DNA of 64,000 bases from Prevotella sp. (GCA_017615355.1 JAGAAJ010000002.1:1646-65645), one strand, 5' to 3'; counted from the first letter of the stretch, positions 8,084-19,003 are shown. Made by a program: numbers and translations. The notes: a model not told the origin generated them from the letters alone.

Positions 8084-9997
8084 ATGACGCTAAAATACGA
8101 TGTGGTGGTCATCGGCGGAGGTCACGCAGGCTGCGAGGCTGCCTGCGCCGCTGCCAATATGGGCGCAAAGACGCTGCTGGTGACCATGGACATGAACAAA
8201 ATTGCACAGATGTCGTGCAACCCGGCCATCGGCGGCATCGCCAAGGGTCAGATTGTGCGTGAGATAGATGCGCTAGGTGGTCAAACAGGCCTCGTCACAG
8301 ACGCTACTAGTCTGCAGTTCAGGATGTTAAACGTAGGAAAAGGCCCTGCGGTATGGAGTCCTCGCGCCCAATGTGACCGCGGAAAATTTATCTGGCAATG
8401 GCGTGCAAATCTTGATGCTACACCCAATCTAGACATCTGGCAGGATCAAGCCTGCGAACTCCTCACCGACAGTCCCGTAAGCTGCGATACTATCGCAGCA
8501 CACGCAACAGTCACTGGCGTGCGCACCATTTGGGGTGCGGAAATTCTTGCTCGTAGCGTCATCATTACTGCTGGCACATTTCTCAATGGCCTTTTGCATA
8601 TAGGAAGAAAGATGATTCCTGGCGGGCGTATCGCCGAGCCTGCAGTTACCGGATTAACCGAAAGTATCACACGTCTTGGCATTCGCACGGCTCGTATGAA
8701 GACGGGCACCCCCGTCCGCATCGACAAGCGAAGTGTAGACTTCAGTCTCCTTGACGAACAGCCCGGAGAAGAGCATCCCTACATGTTCTCGTATGTTGCG
8801 ACTGAGTCGAAACGAAATCGAAGACTAAAACAGCTGCCCTGCTGGATCGTCAATACTAACACAGCCGTTCATGAGGTGCTACGCAGCGGCCTGAAAGACT
8901 CGCCCCTCTACAACGGACAGATACAATCCATCGGTCCGCGCTATTGTCCATCCATCGAGACAAAGCTCGTCACCTTTCCGGATCGTGAGCAGCATCCGCT
9001 CTTCATTGAGCCTGAAGGCGAAGAAACCAACGAGATGTACTTGAACGGCTTCTCTTCTTCGCTGCCGATGGAAACACAGATAGAGGCCCTACGACATATT
9101 CCTGCCTTCAAAAACCTAAAAGTTTACCGTCCTGGTTACGCAATTGAGTACGATTTCTTTGACCCAACACAACTAAAACACACGTTGGAATCGAAGATTG
9201 TTGACGGGCTCTTCATGGCTGGACAAGTCAATGGAACGACAGGATACGAGGAAGCCGCAGGACAAGGACTGGTTGCTGGTGTCAACGCTGCGCTGAAATG
9301 CGTTGGAACCGAAGAATTTGTGCTCCATCGCGATGAGGCATACATTGGCGTATTGATTGATGACCTGGTGACGAAAGGTGTGGACGAACCATACCGTATG
9401 TTTACTTCGCGTGCCGAATTCCGCATCATGCTCAGACAGGACGATGCCGACCGCCGACTGACAGAACGCGCCTATCAACTTGGACTTGCTTCACAGCAAC
9501 GCTACGATTGGTGGGTGCAGAAAAAGAATGCTATCGAAGAAATCGAAGACTTTTGCTATAATCACCCCATAAAACCGAAATTCATCAACGATGCGTTGGA
9601 GCACCTCGGCACAACGCCGTTGCAGTTTGGTGTCAAACTGGCTGACCTCATTGCACGTCCACAACTCAGCATCCAAAGCCTCACACCCTATATCCCACAA
9701 TTGCAAGAGCGCATCGATCGTCTTCCCAACCGGAAAGAGGAAATCGTAGAGGCTGCAGAAATTCGCATCAAATACAAAGGATACATCGAGCGCGAGCGCA
9801 TCGTTGCAGAGAAGATGCACAGACTCGAGAATATCCGCATCAAAGGACACTTCAAATATGCAGAGCTTCAGTCGCTGAGTACAGAAGCCCGGCAGAAACT
9901 GACGGCCATCGACCCCGTAACGCTGGCACAGGCCAGCCGCATACCTGGCGTTAGTCCCAGCGACATCAATGTACTCCTCGTACTGATGGGGCGCTAG
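8084..9997 (+). CDS. mnmG: tRNA uridine-5-carboxymethylaminomethyl modification enzyme MnmG (GidA)
   Basis: GGGHAGCEAA, MSCNPAIGG, GPRYCPSIE, GQVNGTTGYEEAA. Confidence 0.98.
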   Translation: MTLKYDVVVIGGGHAGCEAACAAANMGAKTLLVTMDMNKIAQMSCNPAIGGIAKGQIVREIDALGGQTGLVTDATSLQFRMLNVGKGPAVWSPRAQCDRGKFIWQWRANLDATPNLDIWQDQACELLTDSPVSCDTIAAHATVTGVRTIWGAEILARSVIITAGTFLNGLLHIGRKMIPGGRIAEPAVTGLTESITRLGIRTARMKTGTPVRIDKRSVDFSLLDEQPGEEHPYMFSYVATESKRNRRLKQLPCWIVNTNTAVHEVLRSGLKDSPLYNGQIQSIGPRYCPSIETKLVTFPDREQHPLFIEPEGEETNEMYLNGFSSSLPMETQIEALRHIPAFKNLKVYRPGYAIEYDFFDPTQLKHTLESKIVDGLFMAGQVNGTTGYEEAAGQGLVAGVNAALKCVGTEEFVLHRDEAYIGVLIDDLVTKGVDEPYRMFTSRAEFRIMLRQDDADRRLTERAYQLGLASQQRYDWWVQKKNAIEEIEDFCYNHPIKPKFINDALEHLGTTPLQFGVKLADLIARPQLSIQSLTPYIPQLQERIDRLPNRKEEIVEAAEIRIKYKGYIERERIVAEKMHRLENIRIKGHFKYAELQSLSTEARQKLTAIDPVTLAQASRIPGVSPSDINVLLVLMGR

Positions 9998-10011
9998 TTT
10001 CATGTGAAACA
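9996..10011. promoter_or_regulatory. parS site
   Basis: AGTTTCATGTGAAACA vs consensus TGTTTCACGTGAAACA. Confidence 0.8.
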
Positions 10012-10044
10012 TCTTACCAAAATTCAACGAATAAACCACTGATT

Positions 10045-10572
10045 ATGAACAGCAAAGTATTATTGGACAATCTGAGGTGCATCCCTGATTTTCCTAAAAA
10101 AGGTATCAACTTCCGCGACGTTACCACCCTCTACAAGAACGGCGAATGTGTACAAATTATGCTTGACGAGTTAGAGAGGTTATACAAGGACAAAGGCATC
10201 ACGAAGATTGTGGGTATTGAGAGCCGTGGCTTTGTTATGGCTTCAGCACTTGCAGGAAGACTCGGCTGCGGCATCGTCTTGGCAAGAAAGCCCGGCAAGT
10301 TGCCCGCAACAGTTATCAAAGAAAGTTTCTCGAAAGAATATGGTGTCGACACGATTGAGATGCATCTGGATTCAATTGACGAGAATGATGTAGTGCTCAT
10401 TCACGACGACCTACTCGCAACAGGCGGAACAGCCAAGGCTGCCTACAAACTTGTCCAACACTTTAATCCCAAGAAGACGTACATCAATTTCATTATTGAG
10501 ATTAAGGACGAAGGACTGCACGGCCGTGACCTGTTTGAGGGCATAGAACTTACCACACTACTGACTATCTGA
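10045..10572 (+). CDS. apt: adenine phosphoribosyltransferase
   Basis: IPDFPKKGINFRD, GIESRGF, RKPGKLP, DDLLATGGT. Confidence 0.96.
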   Translation: MNSKVLLDNLRCIPDFPKKGINFRDVTTLYKNGECVQIMLDELERLYKDKGITKIVGIESRGFVMASALAGRLGCGIVLARKPGKLPATVIKESFSKEYGVDTIEMHLDSIDENDVVLIHDDLLATGGTAKAAYKLVQHFNPKKTYINFIIEIKDEGLHGRDLFEGIELTTLLTI

Positions 10573-10580
10573 TTCAAGCG

Positions 10581-10614
10581 CAAGCCCCTCCGACGAAAGG
10601 GCTTGTGTGTTTTT
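10581..10614 (+). terminator. intrinsic terminator after apt
   Basis: caagccc...gggcttg followed by tgtgttttt. Confidence 0.55.
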
Positions 10615-10621
10615 ACAAGAA

Positions 10622-10637
10622 AGTTTCACGTGAAACA
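10622..10637. promoter_or_regulatory. parS site
   Basis: AGTTTCACGTGAAACA, 15/16 match to the consensus. Confidence 0.85.
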
Positions 10638-10645
10638 AACTGCAC

Positions 10646-12472
10646 ATGACGAAGGAAGACAACGATAAGCGTTTGGCCTATTTAAAGGGAATTGTGAGCC
10701 GTTTACCTGAGAAACCAGGAAGCTACCAGTTCTATGACGACGCACACATTATTATTTATGTGGGTAAAGCAAAGAATCTGAAAGCACGCGTATCGTCTTA
10801 CTTCCGTACCGAGGTGGATCGTTTTAAGACAAAAGTGCTAGTGTCGAAAATCTACGACATCAGCTACACAGTCGTAAACACAGAAGTAGATGCATTGTTA
10901 TTGGAAAACTCTCTGATTAAGAAATACAATCCACGCTATAATGTTTTACTGAAGGATGGTAAGACTTATCCATCTATCTGCGTGACGAACGAATATTTTC
11001 CGCGGGTTTTCAAGACGCGAACCATCAATAAAAAATGGGGAACCTACTTTGGCCCTTATTCACACATAGGGTCCATGAACAGCATACTTGCCATCATCAA
11101 GGAACTGTACAAGCCCCGCACCTGCCGTTTTCCCATCACAAAAGAAGGGGTAGAAAAAGGTAAATACAAAGTCTGCCTAGACTACCATATCAAGCGTTGC
11201 TATGGACCGTGCACAGGAAAACAAAGCTATGAAGACTATCAGAAAAACATCCATCAGGCCCGCGAAATACTGAAAGGCAACACACGACAGATACTTCGAG
11301 ATATGCAGGAGGAAATGGAACATTTAGCCGAGGAGCTACGCTTTGAGGAAGCTGAGGAAATCAAGCAGAAATACATTGCTCTGGAGGGTTTTGTCAGCCG
11401 TAGCGAGGTAGTGAGCCACATAATCAACAACGTGGATGTCTTCAGTATCACCAGCGACGAGAAAATGGCATACATCAACTATATGCATGTATCCAACGGT
11501 AGCATCAACCAAAGTTTTACCATCGAGTATAAAAAGAAGCTCGACGAGAGCGATAAAGATCTTCTACAATTAGGTATCGTAGAGCTAAGAGATCGTTTCC
11601 ATAGCGATGCCAAAGAGATAATAGTACCCAAGGATGTCGATGTTTCGCTGGAAAATGTGAAGTTTACCGTACCAAAACTAGGTGATAAAAAGACTTTGCT
11701 CGACTTGTCTGCAATGAACGGAAAACAATATAAGATGGACCGGATGAAGCAGGCGGAAAAACTGAATCCAGAGCAGAAACAAGTTCGCTTAATGAAGGAA
11801 CTACAGGAAAAACTACATCTCCCTACCCTGCCCTACCAGATAGAATGTTTCGATAATTCCAACATAGCTGGCACAAACGCTGTAGCTGCCTGTGTCGTCT
11901 TTAAAAAGATGAAACCGGCGAAAAAAGACTACAAACACTACAATATCAAGACGGTCGTGGGGCCAGACGACTATGCTTCAATGAAAGAGGTGGTACACCG
12001 TCGTTATACCCGTCTTATTGAGGAAGAACAGTCCCTACCCAACCTCATTATCGCCGATGGTGGTAAGGGCCAGATGGAAGTTATCAGGCAAGTCATACAG
12101 GATGAGCTGAACCTTGATATTCCAATTGCCGGCTTAGCAAAGGATGATCGTCATCGCACCAACGAACTGCTTTACGGTTTCCCACCCATGAAGATTGCAC
12201 TCAAGGTAGACAGCGAGCTCTTCCATGTTCTTACGCAAATACAGGACGAGGTACACCGCTTCGCCATTTCTTTCCATCGAGACAAACGCTCTAAACAGGC
12301 TCTTCATAGTGAACTGGAAGAGATCAAGGGCATTGGACCTAAAACACGCGATGCACTTCTGAAGGAACTGAAGTCTGTGAAACGCATTAAAGAAGCCACA
12401 AAAGCACAACTGGCCGCTATCATTGGTCAAGCTAAGGCCTCCATAGTATTCGAGCACTTTAACAACACATAA
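10646..12472 (+). CDS. uvrC: excinuclease ABC subunit C
   Basis: GIY-YIG (YVGKAKNL..RVSSYF), IECFDNSN, DGGKGQ, RDE-like QDEVHRFA, C-terminal HhH. Confidence 0.97.
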   Translation: MTKEDNDKRLAYLKGIVSRLPEKPGSYQFYDDAHIIIYVGKAKNLKARVSSYFRTEVDRFKTKVLVSKIYDISYTVVNTEVDALLLENSLIKKYNPRYNVLLKDGKTYPSICVTNEYFPRVFKTRTINKKWGTYFGPYSHIGSMNSILAIIKELYKPRTCRFPITKEGVEKGKYKVCLDYHIKRCYGPCTGKQSYEDYQKNIHQAREILKGNTRQILRDMQEEMEHLAEELRFEEAEEIKQKYIALEGFVSRSEVVSHIINNVDVFSITSDEKMAYINYMHVSNGSINQSFTIEYKKKLDESDKDLLQLGIVELRDRFHSDAKEIIVPKDVDVSLENVKFTVPKLGDKKTLLDLSAMNGKQYKMDRMKQAEKLNPEQKQVRLMKELQEKLHLPTLPYQIECFDNSNIAGTNAVAACVVFKKMKPAKKDYKHYNIKTVVGPDDYASMKEVVHRRYTRLIEEEQSLPNLIIADGGKGQMEVIRQVIQDELNLDIPIAGLAKDDRHRTNELLYGFPPMKIALKVDSELFHVLTQIQDEVHRFAISFHRDKRSKQALHSELEEIKGIGPKTRDALLKELKSVKRIKEATKAQLAAIIGQAKASIVFEHFNNT

Positions 12473-12586
12473 GTAATTGCATGTGAGGCTGTTAAATAGA
12501 AACTACGAATTATAATGGATAGATTTGTAGCTGTTTATTTGGTCAATATAAAAATATTGCGTATTTTTGCAACAAAATGAACGACA

Positions 12587-13039
12587 ATGAGAGCAGTGAT
12601 ACAGCGCGTAAGCCACGCCAGCGTCAGCATCGGCGGCAAGGAAAAGGCGGCCATCGGGCCAGGATACCTGATTCTTTTAGGCGTTTGCGATGAGGACAAT
12701 GCAGAAGACGTGGATTGGCTGGTAAAAAAGATTGCTAACCTACGCGTGTTTGGAGATGAGAACAATGTGATGAACCGCAGCATTATCGAAGTGGGTGGCG
12801 AGGCACTGGTAATCAGCCAGTTTACGCTCTTCGCCAGTTACAAGAAGGGCAATCGTCCGTCGTGGTTCCGCGCAGGCAGTCACGAGCACTCTATCCCACT
12901 CTACGAAACGTTCTGTACGCAGCTCAGCGAAGCGATAGGAAAACCCGTTGGAACGGGAGAATTTGGTGCAGATATGCAGGTAAGCCTGCTCAATGACGGG
13001 CCTGTAACAATTTGCATGGATACTAAAAACAAAGAATAA
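12587..13039 (+). CDS. dtd: D-aminoacyl-tRNA deacylase
   Basis: MRAVIQRV, SQFTL, FGADMQVSLLNDGPVT; promoter box TATTTTTG at 12562-12569. Confidence 0.96.
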   Translation: MRAVIQRVSHASVSIGGKEKAAIGPGYLILLGVCDEDNAEDVDWLVKKIANLRVFGDENNVMNRSIIEVGGEALVISQFTLFASYKKGNRPSWFRAGSHEHSIPLYETFCTQLSEAIGKPVGTGEFGADMQVSLLNDGPVTICMDTKNKE

Positions 13040-13043
13040 TCAA

Positions 13044-13370
13044 ATGACAATAAGAGAAGCACAACAGGCAGTAGATCAATGGATTAAAGAATATGGTGTG
13101 CGCTACTTCTCAGAGCTCACCAATATGGCCGTTCTGACTGAGGAAGTGGGCGAGCTTGCGCGTGTGATTGCACGCAAATACGGCGATCAGAGCTTCAAAC
13201 CAGGCGAGAAAGACAATCTCGGAGAGGAGATGGCCGACGTGCTATGGGTTCTCCTCTGTCTGGCCAACCAAACAGGTGTCGACCTCACCACCGAACTGAA
13301 CAAAAGCATCGAGAAAAAGACCCGCCGCGATGCCTTACGGCACATAGAGAACCCCAAACTAATGGCCTGA
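13044..13370 (+). CDS. MazG-like nucleotide pyrophosphohydrolase (YpjD-like)
   Basis: LTEEVGELAR...EEMADVL. Confidence 0.9.
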   Translation: MTIREAQQAVDQWIKEYGVRYFSELTNMAVLTEEVGELARVIARKYGDQSFKPGEKDNLGEEMADVLWVLLCLANQTGVDLTTELNKSIEKKTRRDALRHIENPKLMA

Positions 13371-13408
13371 AAGATTCAACTGAACATAACCTTTAAACTA
13401 TAATCATT

Positions 13409-14332
13409 ATGGCAGAACAACACAACCACGAGCATCATCATGCTCAACCCATGAGCCAGATAGAGGAGGCTCTGAAGAAGTATAACCTCGATATCACCGA
13501 CGAACAGGTGAGCGAGGCAGTGAAGAAAATCATCGCCGAAAAAGTGCCTGAGAACGACACATTAGAGGTGAAAAAGTTCCTGATGGGCAGCGTGGAATTG
13601 ACAACGCTAAAAACGACCGACAGCGACACCAGCGTGATGGCCTTCACGGAAAAAGTGAATAAGTTTGACGAAGAGTACCCCACCCTACCCCACGTCGCTA
13701 CCATCTGCGTCTATCCGAAGTTCGCTAAAGTAGTAGCTGAGACATTGGAGGTTGACGGCGTCGAGATAGCCTGCGTCAGCGGCAGTTTCCCCAGCAGTCA
13801 GAGCCTCATCGAGGTAAAGACCGTTGAGACTTCATTGGCCATCAAGGATGGTGCTACTGAGATTGACATCGTGATGCCTGTTGGTTCCATGCTAGAGGGC
13901 GATTACGAGACCGTTGTTGACGAGATTCAGCAGCAGAAGGAGGCCTGCGGCGAGCACGACATGAAAGTTATCCTTGAGACAGGCATGTTGCAGACGGCGA
14001 AGAACATCAAGATCGCCTCGCTGCTTTCGATGTACGCTGGAGCTGACTACATCAAGACATCGACAGGTAAGGAGAAGCCGGCTGCCACGCCCGAAGCTGC
14101 CTATGTGATGTGCCAGGCTATCAAGGAATATTACGATGAAACCGGCATAATGATTGGTTTCAAGCCAGCTGGCGGCCTGAACACCGTGATGGATGCCCTC
14201 ATTTATTATACCATTGTGAAAGAGGTACTTGGCGAGAAATGGCTTACCAATAAATACTTACGCCTCGGTACTTCAAGGCTTGCCAACCTCTTGCTTAGCG
14301 AAGTCATCGGTGAAGAGGTGAAATTCTTCTAA
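13409..14332 (+). CDS. deoC: deoxyribose-phosphate aldolase
   Basis: GATEIDIV, KVILETG, YIKTSTGK, GFKPAGG, RLGTS. Confidence 0.95.
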   Translation: MAEQHNHEHHHAQPMSQIEEALKKYNLDITDEQVSEAVKKIIAEKVPENDTLEVKKFLMGSVELTTLKTTDSDTSVMAFTEKVNKFDEEYPTLPHVATICVYPKFAKVVAETLEVDGVEIACVSGSFPSSQSLIEVKTVETSLAIKDGATEIDIVMPVGSMLEGDYETVVDEIQQQKEACGEHDMKVILETGMLQTAKNIKIASLLSMYAGADYIKTSTGKEKPAATPEAAYVMCQAIKEYYDETGIMIGFKPAGGLNTVMDALIYYTIVKEVLGEKWLTNKYLRLGTSRLANLLLSEVIGEEVKFF

Positions 14333-14334
14333 CT

Positions 14335-14364
14335 GCCCCACCCTTTTGGAGGGCTTTGGGGTGG
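14335..14364. repeat. GC-rich REP-like hairpin between convergent deoC and the prenyl synthetase
   Basis: gccccacccttttggagggctttggggtgg; related to 52818-52846 and 63062-63090. Confidence 0.55.
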
Positions 14365-14368
14365 GTAC

Positions 14369-15346
14369 TTAATAGTGCCGCTTCATCACATAGTCGAGAT
14401 ACGTGACCAAAGCGTCGCGTATCTCGCTTTTTTTCACGCTTTCATCTATGAAAACCATGCTCTTGTCGTAGAAGTCCTGCATCCGCTGCTCGGCATACTC
14501 AATGCCGCCCTGTTGCTTCGTATATTCCACTAATACAGCGATTTCATCGGCATTGATAGAGCCAGCCTTTACCTTCTTGGCCAAGTTTATCATTGCAGCA
14601 TAGGGTGCAGTACGAAGTGCGTAGAGCACCGGCAGCGTGAGCTTGCCCTCGGTCATATCATTACCCGTGGGCTTGCCTATCTCGCGCGAATCGTAATAGT
14701 CAAAGATGTCATCACGTATCTGGAACATCATACCCAACGTCTCGCCAAAGCGTCTGGCCTGCTCCACTTCGGCCTCATCAGCACCTGCAGAAAGGCTGCC
14801 CAGCGTAGCACACGACTCGAAAAGCGATGCTGTCTTCTTATGGATGACATCATAGTAAACTTGTTCGCTGAAATCGGGATTTTTGATGTTTGAGAGCTGC
14901 AGGATCTCGCCAGCGGCCAGCGTGCGGCCCAGCTGAGACAGGTTCTCTACAATGCGCTGATTCCCAGTCATCGACACATGCAAAAGAGCAGTAGAAAGGA
15001 TGTAATCGCCCACTAACACCGCTACCTTATTATTAAAGGAAGCATTGACAGAAGCCTGTCCACGGCGTTCAGCACTCTCATCAACGACATCATCGTGCAC
15101 CAACGAGGCAGTATGCAGCAGCTCAAGGCCAATGGCAGCGTTCAGCGTCACGTCGCTCACCTCGCCATAGTTCTTCGCTATCAGCAATGTCAGCAACGGG
15201 CGCATCCGCTTGCCGCCACGCTGACGGATATGTGTCAGAGCGTTACCCAAAAGACCATCATCGTGCGACATCGCCGCATTGAACATTTCCACAAACTGAG
15301 TAAATTCGCGTTCTATCGGACGCCTAATCAATGACAGAGAATCCAT
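14369..15346 (-). CDS. polyprenyl diphosphate synthase (IspB-like)
   Basis: GGKRMRP, HDDVVDESAERRG, FQIRDDIFD, GKPTGND. Confidence 0.93.
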   Translation of the reverse strand: MDSLSLIRRPIEREFTQFVEMFNAAMSHDDGLLGNALTHIRQRGGKRMRPLLTLLIAKNYGEVSDVTLNAAIGLELLHTASLVHDDVVDESAERRGQASVNASFNNKVAVLVGDYILSTALLHVSMTGNQRIVENLSQLGRTLAAGEILQLSNIKNPDFSEQVYYDVIHKKTASLFESCATLGSLSAGADEAEVEQARRFGETLGMMFQIRDDIFDYYDSREIGKPTGNDMTEGKLTLPVLYALRTAPYAAMINLAKKVKAGSINADEIAVLVEYTKQQGGIEYAEQRMQDFYDKSMVFIDESVKKSEIRDALVTYLDYVMKRHY

Positions 15347-15432
15347 TTTCCAAAATTTTGCAACAAAATTACGGAAAAACTCTGAATTATACGATTTTTT
15401 TTGGTAATTTTACGCCAAAATTCTATTTCGAC

Positions 15433-18201
15433 ATGGAAAAACTCTTTTTGCTCGACGCCTACGCGCTTATCTACCGTTCCTATTACGCCTTCATCAAGAA
15501 CCCGCGCATCAACTCCAAGGGACTGAATACCAGTGCCATTATCGGCTTTGTTAACACTTTGCAGGAAGTGATTGAGAAGGAGCAGCCGAAGTACCTCGGC
15601 GTGGCCTTCGACCCCCACGGGCCTACCTTCCGCAGCGATGCTTTTCCCGCCTATAAGGCACAGCGCGAGAAGACGCCTGAGGACATCACACGTGCCGTGC
15701 CCATCATTAAAGAGTTGTTAGAGGCGTGGCATATCCCTGTATTGCAGGTAGACGGCTACGAGGCCGACGATGTCATCGGTACGTTAGCGAAAAAGGGTGA
15801 ATCCATCGACAGTTTAGAGACTTACATGCTCACGCCCGACAAGGATTATGGTCAGTTGGTGAGCAACAATGTCAAGATTTTCCGTCCTCGTCACGGTGGC
15901 GGCTATGAAGTGATGGGCCCTACGGAGGTGTGTGCCAAATACGACATCCCCTACCCTACCCTCGTCATCGACCTGTTGGCGCTGATGGGTGACTCGGCTG
16001 ATAACTTTCCTGGCTGTCCTGGTGTCGGCGAAAAAACCGCCGCGAAGCTCATCCACGATTTCGGCTCCGTGGAACAGCTGCTCGCTCGCACCAATGAGTT
16101 GAAGGGTGCGCTGAAGACGAAAGTGGAGGAACACGCGGACGACATCCGCATGAGTTACTTCCTCGCCACCATCAAGACCGACGTTCCCGTCGACCTCAAT
16201 CTTGACGATTTAATCCTGCAAGAACCCGACAAGGAAAAATTGGGAAAACTTTTCGCCGAACTTGAGTTTAAGACGCTCGCTGACCGAATTCTTAAAAAAG
16301 TCGAAAAGAAACCAAAAACTGCTAACGCAGAGCTCTCTCTATTTGCAGAATTTGCGCCCGAGGATACAGGCGCTCCAAAATTTTCGAGTTTTGAGACCCT
16401 TAAAACCGTGCCTCACGAATACAAACTCATTGAAAATGAGGACGATTTGAGGAAACTTTGTGATTTTTTCTTGACAAAAGAAATTCTCAGTCTAGACACG
16501 GAAACCACTTCCACCTCGTCCATTGACGCCGAATTGGTGGGTTTGAGCTTCGCTGTGGAAGAACACAAGGCTTTTTATGTGCCTATTCCTGCCAATCGTG
16601 AAGAAGCGTTGCGAATTGTTAATATCTTTAAACCTCTCTATGAAGAGACAAAAATCTTGAAGATTGGCCAAAATCTGAAGTACGACCTCGAGGTGCTCCG
16701 CAACTATGACATCCATCTGCAAGGTCCGATGTGGGACACGATGATTGCCCACTATCTCATCCAGCCCGAGTTGCGTCACAACATGGACTACATGGCTGAG
16801 ACATACCTGCACTATCAGACGGTACACATCGATGAGCTTATCGGACCAAAGGGAAAGGGTCAGCGTTCCATGCGCGACCTCTCTCCCACCCTCGTCTATG
16901 AATATGCCTGCGAGGATGCCGACATCACCCTTCAGTTGAAGAACCGATTGGAGCCGGAGCTGAAGAAGCACGACTGCGAAAAACTATTCTACGATATCGA
17001 GATGCCGCTGATGCCTGTGCTGGCTGAGATGGAGATGAACGGCGTGGTGCTCGATACCGAGGCATTGGCGCAGACCTCCAAGGAATTGACGCAGCGCATG
17101 AATGAGATTGAGGCTCGCATCTATGAGTTGGCTGGCGAGCGTTTCAACATCTCCTCTCCGAAGCAGGTGGGCGATATCCTCTTCGCCAAGATGAAGATCA
17201 TAGAGAAACCGAAGAAGACAAAGACGGGCCAGTTTGTCACCTCAGAAGAGGTGTTGACACAGTTGCAGGGAAAGCACGAGATTGTTGCTGACATTCTGAA
17301 TTTCAGGGGATTAAAGAAGTTGCTCACCACCTACGTCGACAACCTCCCTACCCTCATCAACCGTCGCACAGGCCATATCCACACCTCCTTCAATCAATGC
17401 GTCACCGCCACCGGCCGCCTGTCATCTTCCGACCCCAACCTGCAGAATATTCCTGTACGTGGCGAGGACGGCAAGGAGATACGCAAGGCCTTCGTACCTG
17501 AGCCTGGCAGCCTGTTCTTCTCTGCCGACTATAGTCAGATTGAGCTGCGCGTGATGGCCCATCTCTCACAGGACGAAAACATGATCCGCGTCTTTGCCGA
17601 GGGCCACGACCTGCACGCCGCCACCGCCTCGAATATCTATAAAAAGCCCATTGACGAGGTGACACGCGACGAGCGCACCAAGTCGAAACGTGCCAACTTC
17701 GGCATCATCTACGGCATCACTGTCTTCGGCCTGTCCGAGCGCCTCGACATCAGCCGCGACGAGGCCAAGCTGCTCATCGACGGCTTCTTCGACACGTTCC
17801 CCAAGGTGAAGGACTACATGGAGCGTGCCAAGGCCGAGGCTCGCGAAAAAGGCTATGTAGAGACGCTCTTCGGTCGTCGTCGCTACCTGCCCGACATCAA
17901 TAGCGGCAATGCCACCGTTCGCGGCTTTGCTGAGCGCAACGCCATCAACGCACCCATTCAGGGCACCGCTGCCGACATCATCAAGGTGGCGATGATCCGC
18001 ATCTTCCAGCGTTTCCAGCAGGAGGGTATCAAGAGTAAGATGATCCTGCAGGTGCACGACGAACTCAACTTCAGCGTCCTGCCTGAGGAAAAGGATAGGG
18101 TAGAGGCCATCGTCCTCGAAGAGATGCAGCACGCCATCTCTCTTGCCGTTCCCCTCGTGGCCGACAGCGGTTTTGGTGCCAACTGGCTTGAGGCCCACTA
18201 A
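15433..18201 (+). CDS. polA: DNA polymerase I
   Basis: 5'-3' exonuclease (EADDVIGTLA), 3'-5' exonuclease (DTETT), polymerase motifs ADYSQIELR and QVHDEL; start at MEKLF. Confidence 0.98.
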   Translation: MEKLFLLDAYALIYRSYYAFIKNPRINSKGLNTSAIIGFVNTLQEVIEKEQPKYLGVAFDPHGPTFRSDAFPAYKAQREKTPEDITRAVPIIKELLEAWHIPVLQVDGYEADDVIGTLAKKGESIDSLETYMLTPDKDYGQLVSNNVKIFRPRHGGGYEVMGPTEVCAKYDIPYPTLVIDLLALMGDSADNFPGCPGVGEKTAAKLIHDFGSVEQLLARTNELKGALKTKVEEHADDIRMSYFLATIKTDVPVDLNLDDLILQEPDKEKLGKLFAELEFKTLADRILKKVEKKPKTANAELSLFAEFAPEDTGAPKFSSFETLKTVPHEYKLIENEDDLRKLCDFFLTKEILSLDTETTSTSSIDAELVGLSFAVEEHKAFYVPIPANREEALRIVNIFKPLYEETKILKIGQNLKYDLEVLRNYDIHLQGPMWDTMIAHYLIQPELRHNMDYMAETYLHYQTVHIDELIGPKGKGQRSMRDLSPTLVYEYACEDADITLQLKNRLEPELKKHDCEKLFYDIEMPLMPVLAEMEMNGVVLDTEALAQTSKELTQRMNEIEARIYELAGERFNISSPKQVGDILFAKMKIIEKPKKTKTGQFVTSEEVLTQLQGKHEIVADILNFRGLKKLLTTYVDNLPTLINRRTGHIHTSFNQCVTATGRLSSSDPNLQNIPVRGEDGKEIRKAFVPEPGSLFFSADYSQIELRVMAHLSQDENMIRVFAEGHDLHAATASNIYKKPIDEVTRDERTKSKRANFGIIYGITVFGLSERLDISRDEAKLLIDGFFDTFPKVKDYMERAKAEAREKGYVETLFGRRRYLPDINSGNATVRGFAERNAINAPIQGTAADIIKVAMIRIFQRFQQEGIKSKMILQVHDELNFSVLPEEKDRVEAIVLEEMQHAISLAVPLVADSGFGANWLEAH

Positions 18202-18226
18202 TCCCTTTCGACCAAAAATAACGCGA

Positions 18227-18799
18227 ATGATTCGGACTGCCTCAGCATTGATATTGCTTTTTGTGCCTTTCTTCCTGTTGGGTTGCATTTCGCCGACAGA
18301 GAAGAAAGGGGATGCGTCGCTGCCGATGACAGAGGTGAGTGACGCAGAGGAACAGCTGAGAATGGCAATGGAATATGACAGAAAGGGACAGTATGAAGAA
18401 GCGGCAGAATGGTATAGGAAAGCTGCCGAACAAGGCCTTTCCGAGGCACAGAACAACCTCGGCGTGATGTACAAAGACGGGCAGGGCGTCAAGAAAGACT
18501 ATGAAGAGGCCGTGCGCTGGTTCAAACTTGCTGCCAGTCAGGGCAATGTGCTGGCGCAGTCGAACCTTGGCTGGATGTACCAGAGGGGTAGGGGAGTGAC
18601 GCAAGATTATGACTCCGCCCGCTACTGGTACATGCAAGCAGGCCTACAGGATCATGCAGCAGCCCAGAACAATCTTGGCGTGATGTATCGCGACGGCTTG
18701 GGCCTGAAGGCCGACACCGACTCCGCCTGCTACTGGTTTGAGAAAGCAGCCCTCAAAAACCTGCCGCAAGCCCAACACAACCTAGAACAACTCAAATAA
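18227..18799 (+). CDS. Sel1-repeat lipoprotein
   Basis: Lipobox LLGC; repeated [13 protein letters not shown]...A..W motifs. Confidence 0.9.
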   Translation: MIRTASALILLFVPFFLLGCISPTEKKGDASLPMTEVSDAEEQLRMAMEYDRKGQYEEAAEWYRKAAEQGLSEAQNNLGVMYKDGQGVKKDYEEAVRWFKLAASQGNVLAQSNLGWMYQRGRGVTQDYDSARYWYMQAGLQDHAAAQNNLGVMYRDGLGLKADTDSACYWFEKAALKNLPQAQHNLEQLK

Positions 18800-18821
18800 A
18801 AGATTCCTCTCCACTTTAAAT

Positions 18822-18906
18822 AATTCTGGAGCCTCCAAAATTTCCTACGGAGGCTCCCCATGAAATTTTGGAGGCTCCAGAATTTGCTGAGGAGCCTCCA
18901 AATTTT
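18822..18906. repeat. ggagcctcc-family palindromic repeat cluster (~21-bp period)
   Basis: aattctggagcctccaaaatttc (18822-18844) is the perfect reverse complement of 18862-18884; related cluster at 33310-33386. Confidence 0.8.
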
Positions 18907-19003
18907 TGCTGAAAAAAGGTTTACGTATAAAAAGAGACGTTTTTCCTTTGCACTTCTCTTAGTTTTTCGTAATTTTGCAGCCGTATAAACGTTTATATAA
19001 GAA

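Noticed and set aside
15331-15432. N-terminal extensions in the ORF track (polA, nadK, DJ-1, nadA, dapB, ATPase, DUF2851)
   Set aside because: They run through AT-rich promoter regions; downstream ATGs match the family N-termini
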